DNA of 64,000 bases from a virus (taxonomy: Duplodnaviria > Caudoviricetes): IMG/VR virus record IMGVR_UViG_3300023179_000027, positions 32,001-96,000 of that record. One strand, written 5' to 3'. This document shows positions 46,740-58,585 of this stretch, piece by piece. The stretch's first letter is position 1. The number at the start of each line of letters is the position of its first letter. The position numbers and the translations under genes were made by a program. The notes below the pieces were generated by a model. It was not told where the DNA came from. It saw nothing but the letters and a program-made list of their open reading frames with translations, and did no database searches.

Positions 46740-47246
46740 ATGCCTGACTTTCCTTACATCATTTCCCACTTTAAGGAACATAAAGAACTTAAAAAATCAG
46801 TTCTTAAATCTATTCATAATATGCGAATAGAAAGTGTGAATAATGGTGAAGAAATTATTACAAAAAGTGATTGGTATTTACCAAAAGAAACCATAAGACC
46901 ATATATGGAAATATTGTCTGTCCCACTCGACAATCATTTACATGAAGTTTTCTATAAAATAAAATATTATAATTATAAAGTACAGAACTTTTGGTTTAAT
47001 CAGTATAAATTTAATGCTACTCATGGAAAACATCAACACCATGGAATTAGTTGGGTATGTATTTATTATTTGGATATTCCAAAACATACCCCAATAACAC
47101 ATTTTATAAATTTATTTGATGAAGAAGTATTTGTTCCTGAAGTAAATGAGGGTGATATTATTACATTTCCAGGATTTATTTGGCATTACTCACCACCAAA
47201 TACTTCGGATAAAACCAAAACAATAATTAGTTTAAACATAAAATAA
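46740..47246 (+). CDS. Putative 2OG-Fe(II) oxygenase
   Basis: WFNQY, HGKHQH, EGDIITFP..IWH; paralog of 20024-20581. Confidence 0.75.
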   Translation: MPDFPYIISHFKEHKELKKSVLKSIHNMRIESVNNGEEIITKSDWYLPKETIRPYMEILSVPLDNHLHEVFYKIKYYNYKVQNFWFNQYKFNATHGKHQHHGISWVCIYYLDIPKHTPITHFINLFDEEVFVPEVNEGDIITFPGFIWHYSPPNTSDKTKTIISLNIK

Positions 47247-47248
47247 AG

Positions 47249-48214
47249 ATGGTCGTGAGGGTGTTAAATAAAAAAATTTGGCCTTATCAAGTAAACCTAC
47301 AAAGTAGCAGTGCTGATATAGAAGAAATTGAAGCATGGTTAATTAAAAAATTAGGACCTCACCGAGACCGTTGGAATGTGATTTATTATTATGACCAAGT
47401 AGTATTCTATTTTAAAGAAGGTAGTGATGCTACTATGTTTTCATTGAGGTGGGGATAGTGGCCGTAATAAAACCATTTCAAGATTATGATGATGATGACC
47501 CTGAACTTGCAAGGCGAATAAATCGTTGGAAATTTTGGCAGTCATTAAAAGAGATTAGAAAAGAATTTATGGGTGATCGTGTGGCATTTGATATTGAAAG
47601 TTTTAATGAATACATCGCAAAAACATATGGATTAAAGTTATTGACTACAGATGGTAATATTACCGATGGATTTGACATTATTGACGAAAAATTGTATACT
47701 ATATATTTACTTAAACACGGGTGAAACATGCGTAAGATTATTATAAATGATGATTGGGGCGGATTTGGTCTAAGCTTTGAAGCCATGCAACTGTATGATA
47801 AATTGTCTGGATTAAAACCAATTACTGATGACCATGGTAATGATTATATGGATTTAAAACGTGATGACCCCGTTTTAGTACGAGTAGTTGAGCAATTAGG
47901 TAATAAAGCAAATGGTATGTATGCCAGTTTAAAAATTGTTGAGATACCTGAAGATGTAGAATGGATAATTGTAGAATATGACGGTGTTGAGCATGTCGCA
48001 GAAAAACATAGAACTTGGAGTTAAAATGAAAACAAATATAAAACAATTGGCTAAAAAGCACCTTTATACCGTTAAAGGTGAGACTTTTTGGGAAGCAGAA
48101 GGTTATGAGGAGTTTGCAAAAGAAATTATTGAAATTTGTGCAGGCACAGTTGATCATATCAATATGACAGGTAATGGGACTATCGGAGATTTAATTAGAT
48201 CAAAGTTTGAGTAA
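47249..48214 (+). CDS. Four small hypothetical ORFs (47249-47458, ~47449-47724, 47728-48024, 48026-48214)
   Basis: Co-oriented abutting ORFs. Confidence 0.5.
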
Positions 48215-48222
48215 GGATTATT

Positions 48223-49062
48223 ATGAAAGTTGCGCTTATTAGTGATGTACACCTAGAGTTTGGTGATTGTTTTTTTGAAAATACCGAGAATGCTGAAGTA
48301 TTAATTTTAGGTGGAGATATTTTAATTGCTCAGGATTTACATGATTTTAAAAATATGGGTGAACTATCGCTTTATCAAAAAGTGTTAAGCAAAAGATATG
48401 AGGCTGCAGTTAGATACAGGGAATTTTTACAACGGTGTAGTGAACAATTTAACAATGTTATTTATATTGCAGGAAATCATGAATTTTATCATGGAAAATT
48501 TCCTATAGGCTTAGATTACCTTAGAGAAGAATGTGCAAATTATAAAAACATAAACTTTTTAGAAAATAGCTTAGTAAATATTAATGAAACATGTTTTATA
48601 GGTTGTACTTTATGGACTGATATGAATAATAATGATCCAATTACAATTAATTTTGTCCAAAAAAATATGAATGATTTTTTGGTAGTAAGACATAATGAAC
48701 AAGAATATCGTAAATTTAAACCAATGGACACAGTAATTACGCACAGAAGTAGTGTGAATTATATTAAACAGGTTATTCAAAACGAACCAAATAAATCATA
48801 TGTAGTAATTGGTCATCATGCTCCTAGTAAAAAAAGTACTAAACCTAAATATGAAAAAGATTTTCACATGAACGGAGCATATAGCAGTGATTTGTCAAAC
48901 TTTATTTTAGACAATCCACAAATAAAAGTTTGGACACACGGGCATACACATGATCCGTTTGATTACATGATAGGAACCACACGAATTTTGTGTAATCCAC
49001 GTGGATACGTAGGATTGGAAGTCGATGATGAAAAAGGTAATTTGGTATATTTTGACGTTTAA
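48223..49062 (+). CDS. Calcineurin-like metallophosphoesterase
   Basis: SDVHLE, GGD, GNHEFY, HHAP, HGHTH, NPRGY. Confidence 0.9.
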   Translation: MKVALISDVHLEFGDCFFENTENAEVLILGGDILIAQDLHDFKNMGELSLYQKVLSKRYEAAVRYREFLQRCSEQFNNVIYIAGNHEFYHGKFPIGLDYLREECANYKNINFLENSLVNINETCFIGCTLWTDMNNNDPITINFVQKNMNDFLVVRHNEQEYRKFKPMDTVITHRSSVNYIKQVIQNEPNKSYVVIGHHAPSKKSTKPKYEKDFHMNGAYSSDLSNFILDNPQIKVWTHGHTHDPFDYMIGTTRILCNPRGYVGLEVDDEKGNLVYFDV

Positions 49063-49144
49063 TTGCCCAAAAATCTTGTTAATTAGTCAAAAATTTGTTA
49101 CTATATAACACGTTGCTAGACAACGATTTTTTTAAGAGGAAAAT

Positions 49145-49405
49145 ATGAGAGAAACAAAACAGAGTCGTCTTTTAGAGGCACTACGTAGCGGTGAAGAACT
49201 CACTGCTGCTCAAATCAGCGAACGCTTTGGTATTAAGAATCCTACTGCGACAGTTAGTGATTTGCGTTTTTCTGGTTTTGCAGTTTACGCTAACCAGCGT
49301 AAGGGTAGTAATGGTCGCACCACAACTAAATATCGTTTAGGTACTCCTAGTCGTAAAGTTGTTGCTGCAGGTTATCGTGCCCTTGCAATGGGCATGGCTG
49401 TATAA
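49145..49405 (+). CDS. Winged-HTH DNA-binding protein
   Basis: LTAAQISERFGIKNPTATVSDLR. Confidence 0.7.
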   Translation: MRETKQSRLLEALRSGEELTAAQISERFGIKNPTATVSDLRFSGFAVYANQRKGSNGRTTTKYRLGTPSRKVVAAGYRALAMGMAV

Positions 49406-49426
49406 TCTCGGGAGAGATAATAGTTT

Positions 49427-49455
49427 AAGACGGGCGCTGCAAGCCCGTCTTTTTT
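49427..49455 (+). terminator. Intrinsic terminator
   Basis: AAGACGGGC/GCCCGTCTT followed by T run. Confidence 0.75.
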
Positions 49456-49469
49456 CATACAAAAAACTT

Positions 49470-49991
49470 ATGGAACTATTTCATAAATTAATGGATAAGT
49501 TGGGAAGATACAGAGTTATTCCAGATCGTAGAACTGGTAAAGACTATATGTATAGGTATTACTTAGTTTTTAAAGACAGAAAAAATTTTCCATTTAATGT
49601 TACTTTACATAAAATTATACGTAGTGATGATCCAATTATGCATGATCATCCTTGGAATTATTGCACAATAATTTTAAAAGGTGGATATTGGGAACATACT
49701 CCTATTTTTAATAGTGAGGGTAGATATGTTAAGGATCAGGTAGTTTGGCGTGGTTCAGGTAGTATAATTACACGCAAAGCATCTGAATATCATTGGTTAG
49801 AATTAGATCCTAAAGTAGGACCAGTTACTACTTTGTTTATAATGGGAAAGCAAAAAAAAGACTGGGGATTCTTAGTAGAAAGTAAAACTGGTAAGCATCG
49901 TTGGATAAGACACGATTTTTATTTAACTGATTGGAAAAACTATCATAATAGAGTTGTAGTACCAAAAATAGAAAAGGACAAAATAGAATGA
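49470..49991 (+). CDS. Cupin-fold protein
   Basis: HDHPW...GGYWE...H. Confidence 0.65.
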   Translation: MELFHKLMDKLGRYRVIPDRRTGKDYMYRYYLVFKDRKNFPFNVTLHKIIRSDDPIMHDHPWNYCTIILKGGYWEHTPIFNSEGRYVKDQVVWRGSGSIITRKASEYHWLELDPKVGPVTTLFIMGKQKKDWGFLVESKTGKHRWIRHDFYLTDWKNYHNRVVVPKIEKDKIE

Positions 49992-50266
49992 ACCATCAAA
50001 CAGATGAAATTCTGACTATATTGCAAGAAGAATGCGGAGAGGTAGTGGTTGCAGTAAGTAAGTGCAAACGATTTGGTTTACATGATTTAATTCCAAATAC
50101 TAAAGAATCAAATGTCAAACGTTTAGCAAAAGAGATTGGAGATTTTTACGCAATGGTAGATTTGTTAATTGACCAAAAATTATTTACTATGGATGAAATT
50201 AACGAGTACAAACTTGAGAAGTTTGCTAAGTTAAAGAAATGGTCTAACATAAAAGTTAATAAATAA
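49988..50266 (+). CDS. MazG-like NTP pyrophosphohydrolase
   Basis: EECGE...EIGD. Confidence 0.7.
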   Translation: MNHQTDEILTILQEECGEVVVAVSKCKRFGLHDLIPNTKESNVKRLAKEIGDFYAMVDLLIDQKLFTMDEINEYKLEKFAKLKKWSNIKVNK

Positions 50267-50270
50267 CAAT

Positions 50271-51870
50271 ATGGAAAACGATTTTTACGCAGGAATCATT
50301 ATAGGTTTTGTATTAGGGATTTTTTTTATTTCTTTAAGAATACAAAACAAAGTTGATAGTTTGGTAAAAAATCAGTTGACCGAAGATTTAAAAAAGTTAG
50401 ATCGTCCAATATTATTTACAGAATTACATAATGATGTTATACTTGTTTATAATAATAATACTAACAATTTTGTATGTCAAGGTAAAAATTTAGATGAACT
50501 TGTTAAAAACTTGTCAACATGTAAGATTACAAAGGCTTTTTTAATACATCATATTGGCGCTAAAAAAATGGTTTATGCTATTCAAAATGATAGTTATACA
50601 GAATTAAAATCATGAAAGTAAATATAGGTAATTATCGTAAAAGCAAAGGACGTAAAGTAAACGTAGAAATAAACGGGTACGATACTTGGAATTTAGATAG
50701 TACTTTAGCATATATTATTTTTCCTGCATTAGTTCAATTAAAAGAAACAAAACACGGCGTTCCTGGAGATTTTGTAAATGATGTAGGTGGAGAAGATTAC
50801 AACGAGCAAGGGTGTTTTGACTTTTACAGTGAGACACATAAAGAAGCATGGGATGAGGCTTCTAAGAAATGGGATGAAGTATTAGATAAAATGATTTGGT
50901 CTTTTTATCAATTAATAATTGACTACGACAAGAAATATCATTATGGAAAACATGGTGTGTATGATTTTACTGATACAGGGAAAACTATATTAAACCCAGT
51001 GACTGGTAAAGTAGAAAAAACGTTTGCAATGGTTGATAGAAACCCAAATAGTCATTGGTTAGATTATGAGGGATTAGAAGAACATAATAAAAGAATACAA
51101 GAAGGCTTAGAATTATTTGGTAAGTATTACAGGTCTCTATGGGACTAGTATGAATAATTGGACACAAATTGTGGATAGTTTTAGTGAACATTATAAAATC
51201 AATTTAAAAAAGTTAGAAGTAACTGAAAAAGATTTAAGATTAGCAGAAAAAGAGTATGTTTTTAACAACCTAATAGATTCAACATCTTTTAGTGCGTATT
51301 TTGCTAAGAAATTTAAAATTTTTGATTATCATTTATTATACCCTATAAATAAATCATATGATGAACAAAAGCAGTATATTTTAAACAACTACATCAATTG
51401 CAAGTCCTAGATTATTCTACACAAGTATCAATAAAATATGGGGATTTAAACCATTATTTACAATGGTGTCAACATTATTGTAAGGGAAAATGGTCTGTTA
51501 ACATATTAGAAGAAGCAGGAAATGAGCCTGGATCTTATAATTTTCACTTTGACAACGAAATAGACTACATGACATTTATAGTATGGCAGAAGTAATTTAC
51601 CTATTACATAGCACAGACAAATCTCATCTTGCAATATTAAAAGATAAGCATGTTACAAAACATATTTTGACTAAGTTAGTGTTTGGTGATTATATTTACT
51701 TAGAACTAGAAAGTGATATAAGTGATAAAGTTAAAAGTTATATTGTTTTAAAATATGGAGACAATATTAAACCAATAAGTTCTATCATTAGAGATTTTTC
51801 TCCAATCATGCATGTAGATTATACTATTAAAATTAGTCAGGAACAGAAACATTTGTTAGAAAAAAGCTAA
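50271..51870 (+). CDS. Run of hypothetical ORFs (50271-50615, 50612-51148, ~51149-51410, 51398-51595, 51583-51870)
   Basis: Co-oriented overlapping ORFs. Confidence 0.45.
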
Positions 51871-51890
51871 ATACAGCAAGGAGAAAACAA

Positions 51891-52601
51891 ATGGATATGC
51901 GTAGCCTGTTAAATTTAGTAGATGATATGAGCCAACAAGATGATGAAGGTCTTGTTGAGTTACATGATAGTTTTGACATTGAACTAAATGAAAGTTTTGT
52001 GATTGAGACAGGTGTGATTGGATTTACCGAAGATGGTATTATATTAGAAGGCGATGACAAAATATTAGAATTATTAGAGGTAAATGATATTATCCTAGAA
52101 GCAGTAGAGTTAGACGAGCGTATGGTAATGGGTGTAAGTAGTGATGCATCTAGCGCAGGAAGTAAAGTTCAAGGCGAGAGTGAAGAAATTACAGAATTTA
52201 AAGGCGTAAATGATAAAGAAAGAAAACAAGCTTTCACAATGCAAGCGAACCAATTACGCCAAAAAGGCTTTGTTCGTGCAGCACATGATACAGAAAAGAT
52301 TGCAAAAGACCTTTATAAACCAAATAGTACAAAACAAGTTGCTAAAGAAGATGACATGGATGAAGCTAAGTACCAAGGTCGTGAAGTACAACTTGGTAAA
52401 CCAATGGCAGGTGATGTAAAGAAATCAAAAGTATATGTACGTGGGCCTAAGGGAAATGTTGTCAAAGTAAATTTCGGCGACAAAAAGATGAAAATAAAGA
52501 AATCAAATCCAAAGCGTAGGAAATCATTTAGAGCACGCCATCGTTGTGAAAATCCAGGTCCACGTTGGAAGGCAAGATATTGGTCCTGTAGAGCTTGGTA
52601 A
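51891..52601 (+). CDS. Late protein with acidic N-half and basic C-terminal domain
   Basis: TAAATA + AAGGAG; RRKSFRARHRC...ARYWSC. Confidence 0.65.
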   Translation: MDMRSLLNLVDDMSQQDDEGLVELHDSFDIELNESFVIETGVIGFTEDGIILEGDDKILELLEVNDIILEAVELDERMVMGVSSDASSAGSKVQGESEEITEFKGVNDKERKQAFTMQANQLRQKGFVRAAHDTEKIAKDLYKPNSTKQVAKEDDMDEAKYQGREVQLGKPMAGDVKKSKVYVRGPKGNVVKVNFGDKKMKIKKSNPKRRKSFRARHRCENPGPRWKARYWSCRAW

Positions 52602-52644
52602 CCTTTTTTCTTGCATAATCTAAAATATAATATATAATAAAACT

Positions 52645-52830
52645 ATGTCTAATATAGGTCCAAGTCAAGAAAACGTAAGATATGAAGTTATTACGCAAGA
52701 AGATCCTGACACTGGAGATCTATACATTCCTATTCCACAACCACTTTTAGATAGGCTAGGATGGAAAGAAGGCATGAATGTGGATGTTGGAATAAATGCT
52801 AATGGAAAATTATATATTAAAAAAGCCTAA
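52645..52830 (+). CDS. AbrB/SpoVT-like small DNA-binding protein
   Basis: IPIP..LLDRLGWKEG..V. Confidence 0.6.
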   Translation: MSNIGPSQENVRYEVITQEDPDTGDLYIPIPQPLLDRLGWKEGMNVDVGINANGKLYIKKA

Positions 52831-52832
52831 TT

Positions 52833-53309
52833 ATGGAAAATCAAGATACAATTAGTGGAATACTAGCACAAGATTTACTTAACCCTTACGATATGAACTC
52901 AAGTATCACTTTTGATTGTAGTAATATTGCTCCGTTAACTACAGGACAGATATCTTCACTTAATAATATTACTATTCAATCAACCACTACAGGAATTAAT
53001 AGTGGTCCATATACTATTCAACCCTTAGTTACACCTGGAACAAGTATATATGATAATACAGGTATATGGACTACTCAGCATCCAAGTCTTAAAGTACAAG
53101 GGGATGCAGAAGTAGGGGGTGATTTAAAATTAGGTGGTAAAAGTATTAAAAAAAGTTTAGAAAAAATAGAAGAAAAGTTAGCCATATTACATCCTAACAC
53201 TGAATTGGAAGAAAAATGGGAAAAGTTACGTGAATTGCGTAGACAATATATAGCGTGTGAAAAAGACATTATAGAAAAAGAGAAAATTTGGGAGACACTT
53301 AAAAAATAA
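52833..53309 (+). CDS. Hypothetical protein with C-terminal coiled coil
   Basis: ORF. Confidence 0.55.
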   Translation: MENQDTISGILAQDLLNPYDMNSSITFDCSNIAPLTTGQISSLNNITIQSTTTGINSGPYTIQPLVTPGTSIYDNTGIWTTQHPSLKVQGDAEVGGDLKLGGKSIKKSLEKIEEKLAILHPNTELEEKWEKLRELRRQYIACEKDIIEKEKIWETLKK

Positions 53310-53525
53310 ATGGCAAAAGAAGATGTAATAAAAATGGATGGTGAAGTAGTTGATGTATTACCAAACGCAATGTTTAGAATAAAATTGTCAACAGGTAATC
53401 AAGTTATGGGTTATATCTCAGGTAGAATGAGACAAAATGATATAAAAATTTTGTTAGGAGATAATGTAGAGATAGAATTTAGCCCATATGATTTGACCAA
53501 AGGTCGAGTTGTAAAGCGTAAGTAA
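53310..53525 (+). CDS. infA: Translation initiation factor IF-1
   Basis: MAKEDVI...LPNAMFR...ISGRMR..IKIL.GD.V...SPYDLTKGR. Confidence 0.97.
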   Translation: MAKEDVIKMDGEVVDVLPNAMFRIKLSTGNQVMGYISGRMRQNDIKILLGDNVEIEFSPYDLTKGRVVKRK

Positions 53526-53549
53526 ATGTTTTAAAACGATAAATACTGG

Positions 53550-54104
53550 ATGAGGAACTACATCCAGTTATTAGAACAAAAATCTAAACCCCAAGACATA
53601 GAAATTATTCCACTTAACTTCACATATCGTGAAGTTAATCCTGTTCTATCCAAAGAAACCCTTGATTTACACTATGGAAAGCTAGCCCACGGCTATGCAG
53701 AGCGATATAATAAAAAAGAAGGGGATATGGATTTCAATTATGCAGGGGTATTTTTACACAATATATTATTCACTCAGTATAGAGAAGTAAGAAATAATAA
53801 TATACCTAACGGTCCAATGAAAGGGTTTATAGACAAATATTTTAAAAATTATGATAATATGCGTAATCAATTTGAGATAGAAGCTATGAAATTGCAAGGC
53901 AGCAATTGGATTTATTTGGCGTATAATGGTACTATAAAAACAATAAAAAATCATGAAGTAAGAGATGATATATTGTTGTTAATAGATTGGTGGGAACATG
54001 CTTTTTTAATAGATTATGGTAGTGATAAGAAAAAATATTTACGTGAGCAATGGAAGATAATTAATTGGAACGTTATAAATACCCGTTGGGGAAAAAGTTT
54101 ATAA
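53550..54104 (+). CDS. Fe/Mn superoxide dismutase
   Basis: LHYGKLAHGY, LHN, QGSNW, DWWEHA. Confidence 0.85.
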   Translation: MRNYIQLLEQKSKPQDIEIIPLNFTYREVNPVLSKETLDLHYGKLAHGYAERYNKKEGDMDFNYAGVFLHNILFTQYREVRNNNIPNGPMKGFIDKYFKNYDNMRNQFEIEAMKLQGSNWIYLAYNGTIKTIKNHEVRDDILLLIDWWEHAFLIDYGSDKKKYLREQWKIINWNVINTRWGKSL

Positions 54105-54257
54105 ATAATTATATTAAATGCTTCAGGAGCCAATTTGAATCAAACAAATGCAAATACATTTACAGTAAAACCAATACGTGCAATTACTGATACTACAGGT
54201 TTTAAAGCGTTATATTATAATCCAACTACAGGGGAGATAGCTTATTACAATGTATGA
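54105..54257 (+). pseudogene. Start-less fibre-like fragment in frame with SOD
   Basis: IIILNASGANLNQTNANTFTVKPIR...[15 protein letters not shown]. Confidence 0.45.
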
Positions 54258-54258
54258 T

Positions 54259-54588
54259 ATGTTAACAATTACAGAATCAGCAAGTAAAAAAATAGCTGAA
54301 GTTTTACAAGAGGAATCTACTGACAACAAATTAAAAGTAAGAGTGTTTGTTCAAGGTGGAGGTTGCAGTGGAATGGAATATGGATTTACATTTGACGAAG
54401 ATCAAAATGATGATGATTTTTTGATTAAAACAGGAGATACAAGCATATTAGTAGATAGTATGTCGGCACAATACTTACAAGGTTCAGAAATTGATTATAT
54501 TGAGGATCTTAATGGGAGTCAATTTAAAATTAAAAATCCAAATGCACAAACGACATGTGGATGTGGTAGTTCATTTAGCCCTTATTAA
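54259..54588 (+). CDS. erpA: A-type Fe-S cluster carrier (ErpA/IscA)
   Basis: [25 protein letters not shown]. Confidence 0.9.
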   Translation: MLTITESASKKIAEVLQEESTDNKLKVRVFVQGGGCSGMEYGFTFDEDQNDDDFLIKTGDTSILVDSMSAQYLQGSEIDYIEDLNGSQFKIKNPNAQTTCGCGSSFSPY

Positions 54589-54612
54589 AGATAAATAAAC
54601 TAGAGATTAAAA

Positions 54613-56013
54613 ATGGCTATTGAAGATCAACAAACAATACTTATAGGATTACCTAATGAATCATTAGGTAGTGATAGTCTTTTTACGGCATTCACAAAAA
54701 TCAATACAAATTTTAGTATTTTATTTTCATGTGCAAGTCCATACAATAACTTTATTGCCGGTAATGGTATAAGTATTTCTTCAAATGCAAACGCAGGCAA
54801 TATTACAATAACAAATACAGGTATTACCTCATTGGTAGCTGGTACAAACATTATTTTAAATCAATCAAATGGTGTTGTTACTATATCAACTACGAGTGGG
54901 AACGGAGGTGGAGGGACTGTTACTAGTGTTGGATTAATTGCAGGAAGTGCAAATAGACTTACAGTTACAGGATCACCGATTACAAGTAACGGTAATATGA
55001 TTGTTGATTTAGCAGTTTCTGGTGCCAATCAAGGTACATATAATAATCCTACCATTACAATAGATAGCTATGGTAGAGTTACAAATATTGCTAATGGAAA
55101 TTTACAAGGAACAGTAACAAGTATCGGATTATCTCCTGGATCAGGAATAGGAATAACAGGCGGACCAATTACTTCTAATGGTATAATAACAGTTACTAAT
55201 ACAGGGGTGACACGTTTAAATGCAGGTGTAGGTATAACATTAAATAGTAGCAATGGTAATGTTACAATTAGTGCACCTACTACAGGAGGCACTGTAACTA
55301 GTATAGGAATTTCAAGTAATACTTTAGCAATAACAAATAGTCCTGTAGCTACTAATGGAGTGATTAATATTGAATTACCATCGTTTATTCCTGGAACATT
55401 GACAACTGCTGCACAGCAAAATATTACAAGCGTTGGTACACTAATTTCGTTGGCAGTTACAGGTAATGCTACAGTAGGTAACTTAATTGGTAATATAGCT
55501 AATGGTAATAGTAATATAACTATAATTTCAAACGGTAATATTAACATAAGTTCAGTAGGTAATGCAAATATAGTTACAGTGACAGGTACAGGAGTAAATG
55601 TCACAGGAACATTAAATACAACAGGAAATGCAAATCTAGGAAATTTAGGAGTTTCCTCAATAGTAGGAAACAATTTAAGTTTAACAAGTAATGCTAATAT
55701 ATCAGGGTCATTACAGCTTAATAGTAGCGAAGATTTAGCAAACGGAAGTGCAGCAAATTTAAGTGTTTTTGCAAGTTATTTTACTACGGTTGCAGCAGAA
55801 ACGGCTACTTTAGCAGATGGAACAATTGGACAATTTAAGAGTTTTATGATGGTAGAGGACGGCGGCGACATGGTTATAACTGTTGCGAATGCAGGTTGGA
55901 AAACAAGTGGAGCAGGTACAATTACATTTAGTTCACTGGGTGATAGTTGTTTACTTCAATATGTTTCAGGTAAATGGTTTTGTGTAGGCAATAATAACGT
56001 TGCTTTTGCTTAA
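54613..56013 (+). CDS. Tail-fibre/baseplate-like structural protein
   Basis: DSLFTAFTKIN.NF N-terminus; Gly/Asn/Thr-rich beta repeats. Confidence 0.6.
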   Translation: MAIEDQQTILIGLPNESLGSDSLFTAFTKINTNFSILFSCASPYNNFIAGNGISISSNANAGNITITNTGITSLVAGTNIILNQSNGVVTISTTSGNGGGGTVTSVGLIAGSANRLTVTGSPITSNGNMIVDLAVSGANQGTYNNPTITIDSYGRVTNIANGNLQGTVTSIGLSPGSGIGITGGPITSNGIITVTNTGVTRLNAGVGITLNSSNGNVTISAPTTGGTVTSIGISSNTLAITNSPVATNGVINIELPSFIPGTLTTAAQQNITSVGTLISLAVTGNATVGNLIGNIANGNSNITIISNGNINISSVGNANIVTVTGTGVNVTGTLNTTGNANLGNLGVSSIVGNNLSLTSNANISGSLQLNSSEDLANGSAANLSVFASYFTTVAAETATLADGTIGQFKSFMMVEDGGDMVITVANAGWKTSGAGTITFSSLGDSCLLQYVSGKWFCVGNNNVAFA

Positions 56014-56030
56014 AATATAGGAAAAAATAA

Positions 56031-57389
56031 ATGACAACTAGTATCAAAATAACTTCTTTAACAAACATTGGTGGTAATATAGCATATACCACATTAGTTC
56101 CTGTAGTTAATATGACAGGAAGTCCAGAAACTCAAAAAGCTAATTTACAAATAGTAGGAAACTTAATCTTAAGCGGCGCAGGAGGAAGTTTTTTTCCACC
56201 AGCATCTCAATCCATAATTGCTTTAACTGTAGCTAACGCAAGCCAACCTAATATAACAAGTGTAGGAACATTAACTTCTTTGGCAGTATCAGGAAATATA
56301 ATTGCTGGTAACGCCAATTTAGGCAATTTGGTTGTTGCAAACTTTTTTCAAGGTAATGGAAACTTACTGACAAATATTAATTTTAGCAACGGAAACAGTA
56401 ATATTTTGATTCCTAGTGCAAATGGAAATGTTAACATTAGTGTAGCAGGGAATGCTAATGTATTAACTGTGACTGCAACAGGTACAAATATTTCAGGAAA
56501 TTTGACAACATCAGGTAATGTAAATGCAACATATTTTATAGGTGATGGTTCACAACTAACAGGTTTATTAAGTTTACAAGGTATACAAGGCACACAAGGA
56601 AGACAAGGTGTTCAGGGTACACAAGGACTACAAGGACTACAAGGACTACAAGGTTTACAAGGTGTACAAGGCACACAAGGTACACAAGGCATTCAAGGAA
56701 TTCAAGGTACACAAGGCCTACAAGGCCTACAAGGTTTACAAGGTGTACAAGGCACACAAGGAAGACAAGGTGTTCAAGGTACACAAGGTACACAAGGACT
56801 ACAAGGACTACAAGGCACACAAGGTTTCCAAGGCTTACAGGGCTTACAGGGTTTCCAAGGTCTGCAAGGAATATCAGGAGCCAGAGAATATAATGTAACT
56901 AATAGTGGATCAAGCTCTTATGTAATAGATGGAGACAATAACCCAACACTCAATTTGTTAAGAGGATTCACATATATATTTGATATAAATGCTACTGGAC
57001 ATCCCTTTTGGTTTATGTCAGTACCTGGCGGTTATAATGTTTTTAATATATATAATAATGGTGTTACAAACAATGGTGCAGATAATGGTGTAATTACATT
57101 TTCTGTGCCATTTAATGCGCCGAACGTTCTTTATTATACATGTCAATTTCATCCATCTATGGGTGGAAATATTAATATTACTAATGTGGGTCCTACAGGT
57201 ATACAAGGTCTACAAGGAGTACAAGGAGTTTCTGGAGTTACAGGAAACACAGTTCTGTGGGTCACTTCTCCCATATCAAATACTAGTCCTGGTACTACAG
57301 GAGAAGCTTCTTATGATGCAGGGGGCAATTTGTTTGTATGTGTATCTACAAATAATTGGGCAAAATTCACAGGTACTACAAGTTGGTAG
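56031..57389 (+). CDS. Fibre protein with Gly-X-Gln collagen-like region and cupredoxin-like C-terminal domain
   Basis: (GxQ)n; GHPFW...[13 protein letters not shown]. Confidence 0.7.
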   Translation: MTTSIKITSLTNIGGNIAYTTLVPVVNMTGSPETQKANLQIVGNLILSGAGGSFFPPASQSIIALTVANASQPNITSVGTLTSLAVSGNIIAGNANLGNLVVANFFQGNGNLLTNINFSNGNSNILIPSANGNVNISVAGNANVLTVTATGTNISGNLTTSGNVNATYFIGDGSQLTGLLSLQGIQGTQGRQGVQGTQGLQGLQGLQGLQGVQGTQGTQGIQGIQGTQGLQGLQGLQGVQGTQGRQGVQGTQGTQGLQGLQGTQGFQGLQGLQGFQGLQGISGAREYNVTNSGSSSYVIDGDNNPTLNLLRGFTYIFDINATGHPFWFMSVPGGYNVFNIYNNGVTNNGADNGVITFSVPFNAPNVLYYTCQFHPSMGGNINITNVGPTGIQGLQGVQGVSGVTGNTVLWVTSPISNTSPGTTGEASYDAGGNLFVCVSTNNWAKFTGTTSW

Positions 57390-57451
57390 TATTTGTCCAA
57401 AAAAATTTGTAAAAGTAATAAATACATAATAGCTTAAAAGGAAAAATAAAA

Positions 57452-58585
57452 ATGGCTAATCCTACCATTGGATCACAGGATCCTGCTGCAAAAATAACTA
57501 ACAAGTTAACCGCAAATGCTGTTATTTTGCCACAAACTACAGCGATTCCGACAACTTCATCTACAAGTAATAATGTAACAGTAACTACCTCTGTCAATAA
57601 TGATACAGGAGATATTGTAACAGTTTATTCTACACCAGGAAGCATTGCCTTATCTTCGGTAGATCAAACAATAAATCAGTATAACACCGTTAGTTCAGGA
57701 GTGGCAAGTATTATAGCAGGGAATAACGTAAGTTTAATTTCTTCAGGATCAGGTGGAACCGGGACTGTTACAATTTCGGCTGTTGGAATACAAGGAATAG
57801 CAGGTGCACAAGGTATGTCAGGAAGTGCTGTAGGTCAAGGGCTACAAGGACCTCAAGGATTACAGGGTATATTAGGTACTCAAGGTACTCAAGGAATACA
57901 GGGTACTTTAGGTACTCAAGGATTACAAGGTACTTTAGGTACTCAAGGACTACAGGGTACTTTAGGTACTCAAGGTACTCAAGGAATACAGGGTACTTTA
58001 GGTACTCAAGGATTACAAGGTACTTTAGGTACTCAAGGACTACAGGGTACTTTAGGTACTCAAGGATTACAGGGATTACAGGGTTCACAAGGCGTACAGG
58101 GCGTAACAGGATCACAAGGACTTACTGGTAATCAAGGCACACAAGGCACACAAGGCACACAAGGCACACAAGGCGTAACAGGATCACAAGGACTTACTGG
58201 TAATCAAGGCACACAAGGCGTACAAGGCGTACAAGGCGTAACAGGATCACAAGGACTTACTGGTAATCAAGGCGTACAAGGCGTACAGGGCGTACTAGGA
58301 TCACAAGGTTTACAAGGAGTACAAGGAGTACAAGGAGTACAAGGCATACAAAGTGTGCAAGGACTACAGGGTTTGCAGGGTACTACAGGCCCTGTGTCTA
58401 GTGTTTTACCTACAACAACCACTACTGATTTAGGAAATTCTTTGGCAACAGTAAATACGACTGGAAAAGCATTAGGGAAAATGGTTTATAATACTTCCAC
58501 TAATCTTATTGTCGTTGCAGCGGGTTCAGGAGCTTTAGATAATTGGTATCCTTCGGATGGCGGTAGTGCAATTACACCTGCATAA
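57452..58585 (+). CDS. Collagen-like (Gly-X-Gln) fibre protein
   Basis: Long GxQ run; N-terminus paralogous to 58585-60597. Confidence 0.75.
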   Translation: MANPTIGSQDPAAKITNKLTANAVILPQTTAIPTTSSTSNNVTVTTSVNNDTGDIVTVYSTPGSIALSSVDQTINQYNTVSSGVASIIAGNNVSLISSGSGGTGTVTISAVGIQGIAGAQGMSGSAVGQGLQGPQGLQGILGTQGTQGIQGTLGTQGLQGTLGTQGLQGTLGTQGTQGIQGTLGTQGLQGTLGTQGLQGTLGTQGLQGLQGSQGVQGVTGSQGLTGNQGTQGTQGTQGTQGVTGSQGLTGNQGTQGVQGVQGVTGSQGLTGNQGVQGVQGVLGSQGLQGVQGVQGVQGIQSVQGLQGLQGTTGPVSSVLPTTTTTDLGNSLATVNTTGKALGKMVYNTSTNLIVVAAGSGALDNWYPSDGGSAITPA

